Assembly: GCA_050259235.1 (NCBI GenBank)
Contig: JBLNAG010000002.1
Location: 24,382 to 88,381, forward strand
Length of the DNA stretch: 64,000 nt
DNA from: Ignavibacteriales bacterium
Lineage (GTDB): Bacteria > Bacillota_I > Bacilli_A > RF39 > UBA660
Direction: 5' to 3'
Shown here: piece by piece, positions 59,654-64,000 of the stretch
How the letters are laid out: each line of letters begins with the position of its first letter
Numbering within the stretch: the first letter of the stretch is position 1
The notes under the pieces: model-generated
What the model saw: the letters and a program-made list of their open reading frames with translations, nothing else
What the model was told of the DNA's origin: nothing
Database searches by the model: none
Position numbers and translations under genes: made by a program

Positions 59654-60787
59654 CTATTCAAAAAATCCAACTTGAACACTATCATCATACTGATTAATAA
59701 TTGCACTGTATTTATCATAGACTCCTTGATAGCCAGACAATATGCCATCATTTAATTGATTAAATGGAATAACTGAGACAGGTCCCCAATTTGTATAGAA
59801 GAGATCACCCTTAACGTCAGTTATTTCAATGGTAGTATTATCATCTTTAACTGTTTTATTAACAGTTAATGCTGCCATCATACCAATTCGTTGTGCTTGT
59901 TCAGCTTGACCTGATAAAAAATTACCTAATGAATATATAACTAATGTATCTCCAATAAATTCTATTGGTTGAATAACATGAGGATGATGTCCAATAATAA
60001 TATCTACTCCTAAATCTGCTAACTCCTTAGCTTGAGCCTTTTGTGTTTCAGTTGGAGTATGAGTATTCTCAATTCCCCAGTGCATTGACACAATTAAGAC
60101 ATCAACTTTATCACGTACTTTTGCAATATCTGCTTTTGCCTTTTCATAGCTATAAACATTTACTAAATAGTCTTGACCTGCTGGTATAGGCATTCCATTA
60201 GTTCCATAGGTATAACCTAACATTGCATATGTAATACCATTTTTTTCTTTTATAACCACAGCATCATGATCTTCTTGAGAAGCATAATTTCCTACAGCAT
60301 ATACATCTTTTTGATTTTTCCAGAAGTTAGCTGAATAAAGTGCTGCTGCTCCACCTCTATCCATAGTATGATTAGTTGCTAAATTAACTAAATCAAAACC
60401 AGTATCTATCATGTCTAATCCTATTTCATCAGGTGAGTTAAAGTTTGGATAAGTAGATACTCCAATATTTTTTCCACCGATAGCTGTTTCTTGGTTATAA
60501 AAAGCTAAATCATATTTACTGACAATTGGTTTAATATATTTAAGCATCTTTTTAAAATCGTAATTATTATTTCCAATATAAGCAGAATTGTAAATGCCAT
60601 TATGAATTAAAGCATCACCAACAGCCACCAATGAAAAACTATAATTTTCTTCTTTAGGTTCTTCTACTACTGGTGGATTATCTTTAGGATCATCCTTTGG
60701 TTCTTCTTTTTTGAAACAACCAGATACAGCAAAAACTATAAGCAATATTGGTAATATCCATCTTAATTTTTTAAACATACTCCTCAC
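59654..60787 (-). CDS. CapA/PGA_cap-family metallophosphatase lipoprotein
   Basis: Lipobox AVSGC; metallophosphatase motifs SLVAVGDALIH, NLATNHTMDRG and GHHPHV. Confidence 0.8.
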   Translation of the reverse strand: MRSMFKKLRWILPILLIVFAVSGCFKKEEPKDDPKDNPPVVEEPKEENYSFSLVAVGDALIHNGIYNSAYIGNNNYDFKKMLKYIKPIVSKYDLAFYNQETAIGGKNIGVSTYPNFNSPDEIGLDMIDTGFDLVNLATNHTMDRGGAAALYSANFWKNQKDVYAVGNYASQEDHDAVVIKEKNGITYAMLGYTYGTNGMPIPAGQDYLVNVYSYEKAKADIAKVRDKVDVLIVSMHWGIENTHTPTETQKAQAKELADLGVDIIIGHHPHVIQPIEFIGDTLVIYSLGNFLSGQAEQAQRIGMMAALTVNKTVKDDNTTIEITDVKGDLFYTNWGPVSVIPFNQLNDGILSGYQGVYDKYSAIINQYDDSVQVGFFE

Positions 60788-60794
60788 CTCATTT

Positions 60795-62897
60795 TTATTT
60801 AGTTTCTTCTTCCTTAGGTTCTACAAGAGTAAAATCAATTGTTCTATTTTCTTTAGATGCAGCTTTAACTACTACTCTAACTTTATCTCCTAAACGATAT
60901 CCTCGTTTATTATTTTCACTACGAATAGTGAATGCAGCTTCATCAAAGAAATATTTGTCCCCTGTTAAATCATCTAATCTTACTAAACCTTCAATTAAGT
61001 TGTCAAGTTCAACAAATAATCCAAAACTTACAACTCCACTAATCATACCATTAAATTCAGTTCCAACAAAACCTTCCATGTATTCAGCTGATTTCATCTT
61101 ATCAACATCTCTACCACATTTAACAAAACGTTCTTCAGTCTTACTTGATTGATCTCCATGAATAACTAATTCTTCATAAGTATGTTTGCGGTATCCTGGT
61201 ATTCCTAATATAGCTTTTAATTGATTTTGAACCATAAAGTCAGGCCATCTTCTATTAGGAGCTGTAAAGTGACCATAGTACTCTAATCCTAAACCAAAGT
61301 GTCCTAAGTTATCAGGACTATATTTTGCTTTTCTCATAGTTCTAAGTGTTAAAGAACTTAAGACAAGCCATTCATCTTTTGATTTTAATGTATCTAATAT
61401 TTTTTGGAATGATCTACCATCAACTTTTCTAATTTTACTATCAATAGGATATCCTAATGTATTAATAAGTAATAAGAATTCTTCTACATCCTTAATATCT
61501 GGTGTTTCATGAACACGATAGATAAATGGTTCTTCTAAATAATGAAAATATGTAGCTATTGTTTCATTAGTAGCAATCATAAGGTGTTCAATTATACCTT
61601 CTGAAGTACCACGATAACGTTTAGAAATAGATGTTGGTTTTCCATTTTCATCAACATGAATACGCATTTCATCAGTATCAAAATCTAAATATCCTTTAGA
61701 TATTCTACTTTTACGAAGAATACCAGCTAATTCAGCCATCATTTTTAAATCTTCTACATATGGTTCATATCCTTCAACCATTGTATTTTGTTCAATTATT
61801 TTATTAACATTAGCATAAGTCATTTTCTTTTTAGAGTTAATTACTGCAAGATAAATATCATATTTAACAACATCACCTTTATGATTAATTTCCATATCAC
61901 AACTTACAGTTAAACGATCTACTCCTTCATCTAAAGAAGTTATCCCATTACTCAATTTTTGAGGAAACATATTAATAACTCTATCAGCTAAATAAACACT
62001 TGTTCCTCTATCAAATGCTTCCTTCCAAAGAGCAGATCCTTCTTTTACATAATGACTAACATCCGCAATATGAACACCTAATAAATAATTACCATTATCT
62101 AATTTTTTAATATGATGGGCTTGATCAAAATCTTTAGTATCATCTCCATCAATAGTAAATATTGTTTCACTACGTAAATCTCTTCGATCATTATAATCAT
62201 TTGGTTGTAATTCTGATGGAATACTTTCAAGTTCCTTCATTACTTCATCACTATAAGTACTAGGAATACCATATTCACATACTATTGATAAAATATCAAC
62301 TCCTGGATCATTCTTATGACCTAATATTTTAATAACTTCACCATTATAATTATTATCTTTTAATTTATTGGTAATCTTTACTAATACTTTATGCCCATTC
62401 ATTGCTCCCATTGATTTATTTTTTTCAATTTGAACTTTTATTTTCACTTTATCATTGTCTAAATCAACATAACCCATACCTTTACTATAATAGAATTCCC
62501 CTACCATTTGTTGTAGATTACGTTCAACTATTTTCATAATACGTCCTTCTAAATCCATACCCTTTTTAGAAGTTATTTCCACCATAACTTTATCACCATG
62601 AATAGCATTATTCAAGTTTGATGGGGCAATAAAAACGTCTTCAGATCCTTCTATAATAACAAATCCAAATCCTCTTTTATTAGTAGATAAAGTCCCTATT
62701 TTTAAATGGCTGTTAGTAAATAACAAATATCCATCCTTTTTAGAACGATATATTTGCAAACTATCTTCCATTTTATTTAGTACCTTTAATAGTTCTTTTA
62801 ACTCATCAACTGTTTTGAAACCTAATGCATCATTTATTTCATAAACAGTTAGGGCATTTTTAGCTGTTTTTAGCATTTCTATAATTCGTTCTTCCAT
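60795..62897 (-). CDS. rnr: ribonuclease R
   Basis: 700 aa with N-terminal HTH, cold-shock domains, RNB catalytic domain and C-terminal S1 domain. Confidence 0.95.
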   Translation of the reverse strand: MEERIIEMLKTAKNALTVYEINDALGFKTVDELKELLKVLNKMEDSLQIYRSKKDGYLLFTNSHLKIGTLSTNKRGFGFVIIEGSEDVFIAPSNLNNAIHGDKVMVEITSKKGMDLEGRIMKIVERNLQQMVGEFYYSKGMGYVDLDNDKVKIKVQIEKNKSMGAMNGHKVLVKITNKLKDNNYNGEVIKILGHKNDPGVDILSIVCEYGIPSTYSDEVMKELESIPSELQPNDYNDRRDLRSETIFTIDGDDTKDFDQAHHIKKLDNGNYLLGVHIADVSHYVKEGSALWKEAFDRGTSVYLADRVINMFPQKLSNGITSLDEGVDRLTVSCDMEINHKGDVVKYDIYLAVINSKKKMTYANVNKIIEQNTMVEGYEPYVEDLKMMAELAGILRKSRISKGYLDFDTDEMRIHVDENGKPTSISKRYRGTSEGIIEHLMIATNETIATYFHYLEEPFIYRVHETPDIKDVEEFLLLINTLGYPIDSKIRKVDGRSFQKILDTLKSKDEWLVLSSLTLRTMRKAKYSPDNLGHFGLGLEYYGHFTAPNRRWPDFMVQNQLKAILGIPGYRKHTYEELVIHGDQSSKTEERFVKCGRDVDKMKSAEYMEGFVGTEFNGMISGVVSFGLFVELDNLIEGLVRLDDLTGDKYFFDEAAFTIRSENNKRGYRLGDKVRVVVKAASKENRTIDFTLVEPKEEETK

Positions 62898-62963
62898 ACT
62901 ACACCTCTTTATTATATTATAGATTAAATTTACTCAAAAATATAGTCATTATAAAAAGAAATA

Positions 62964-64000
62964 TCACTTTTGTGATATTTCTTCTAAACTTTCATTATTC
63001 AATTCAACTTGATTAATTGAAATAAATCTCTTAGTTATCTTATCTGTTGTTGTATGTATTTCTTTAACATCATTAGAAACTGATTCAATACTACGATATA
63101 ATTTATCCCAACGAGTTCTATATCTTTCAAATTCTTTAGATAATAAATTTAACTCTTGATGAATAACAGAGGTATATTTATCTCTTTCAATATTCTTTAT
63201 AATTATTTGAATGGTTGTTAAAGTACTAATAAGCGTAGTTGGAGATGTTAGCCATACCTTTCTTTGATAAGAATAATTAACTAAATCTTGATGGTAGGCA
63301 TTTACTTCTGCAAAAATTGCTTCTGCAGGTAAAAACAATATTGCTTGATCACTAGTTACACCTGGAATAATATATTTAGATGCAATAGTATCTATGTGTT
63401 TTTTCATATCCATTTTAAACATTTTTTCAGCCAATTCACGTTCACCTTGAGAATTATTTTTATCTACCATACGTTGATAGTTTTCTAACGGGAACTTAGA
63501 GTCAATTGCTATTACTCCTAAAGGTTCGGGAGCAAATAAAACACAATCAGCTAAAGTACCATTTTCAAATTGATATTGCATACGATATAACTTATCATTT
63601 TCTCCACCAAAAATATTAACCATAATATGACGTAAATTAACTTCACCAAAAGTTCCCCTTGCCTTTTTATCAGTTAATATTCCTTGAAGTGAAACTATAT
63701 CACTAGATAGAATATCAATTTTCTTTTGTGCTTCATCAATTTTAGATAATCTTTCAAGAACTGATGTAAACGTTTTGTTAGTCTTTTCAAAGTTTTCATC
63801 AATACGTTCATTAACACGATCGTTTATCAATCTTAATTTAACTTCAATCTTCTCATTTAGATTAGTAAAGTCTTCATTCAATGTACGATTAATATCTGAC
63901 TTAAAATCACCTAATTCTTTAATAGTATTAAGTTCTAATTTTCCTAATCTTTCTGTAATATTAGATTCATTAATATTCTTTGTTAAAGAAATAATAACAA
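62964..64000 (-). CDS. rmuC: DNA recombination protein RmuC. The N-terminus lies beyond the window end.
   Basis: RmuC C-terminal domain homology; the reading frame stays open upstream of the ORF-track start (a TTG) all the way to position 64000. Confidence 0.8.
   Translation of the reverse strand, partial: VIISLTKNINESNITERLGKLELNTIKELGDFKSDINRTLNEDFTNLNEKIEVKLRLINDRVNERIDENFEKTNKTFTSVLERLSKIDEAQKKIDILSSDIVSLQGILTDKKARGTFGEVNLRHIMVNIFGGENDKLYRMQYQFENGTLADCVLFAPEPLGVIAIDSKFPLENYQRMVDKNNSQGERELAEKMFKMDMKKHIDTIASKYIIPGVTSDQAILFLPAEAIFAEVNAYHQDLVNYSYQRKVWLTSPTTLISTLTTIQIIIKNIERDKYTSVIHQELNLLSKEFERYRTRWDKLYRSIESVSNDVKEIHTTTDKITKRFISINQVELNNESLEEISQK

Overview
This is a strongly AT-rich window (by eye well below 30% GC; not computed). 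Almost every gene is on the minus strand, and the content matches a low-GC, endospore-forming Firmicute with clostridial-type sporulation loci (spoVAC-AD-AE, spoIIAA-sigF, Cse60, CotJC-like). Recognisable housekeeping blocks are stp'-rlmN, a HAD gene and secG, two M16 peptidases, deoD and uvrA. Next come spoVA/spoIIA, clpC, a SpoVB/MurJ-like flippase, an M23 peptidase, rny-recA-pgsA-rodZ, RNase P RNA (rnpB) abutting gpsB, pyrG-cysE, tmRNA (ssrA), smpB, a CapA-like gene, rnr and rmuC'. Accessory content: (i) a secreted papain-like C1 peptidase with Big_2 and GLUG repeats and a C-terminal dockerin, next to a membrane-anchored protein with a cohesin-like domain, cadherin-like repeats and a C-terminal zinc ribbon; (ii) a 35.7-48.4 kb stretch rich in cell-wall and spore-coat functions (M23, M15, LysM-CAP, CotJC-like, MBOAT with an SGNH/DltD-like partner, a transglutaminase, several orphans); (iii) a tmRNA-proximal variable region where a Schlafen/AlbA_2-domain gene is bracketed by the ssrA 3' end and a 19-bp near-perfect direct repeat of it, plus a neighbouring 946-aa orphan membrane protein; (iv) a 915-aa LRR-like orphan separating smpB from pyrG-cysE-ssrA. 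Notable oddities are a spoIIAA-sigF pair with no spoIIAB and an N-terminally short sigma factor, a 72-aa Tyr/Pro-rich protein behind a sigmaK-like promoter, and Cheo/LexA-like boxes upstream of recA and uvrA. No CRISPR array, rRNA or tRNA gene was seen.
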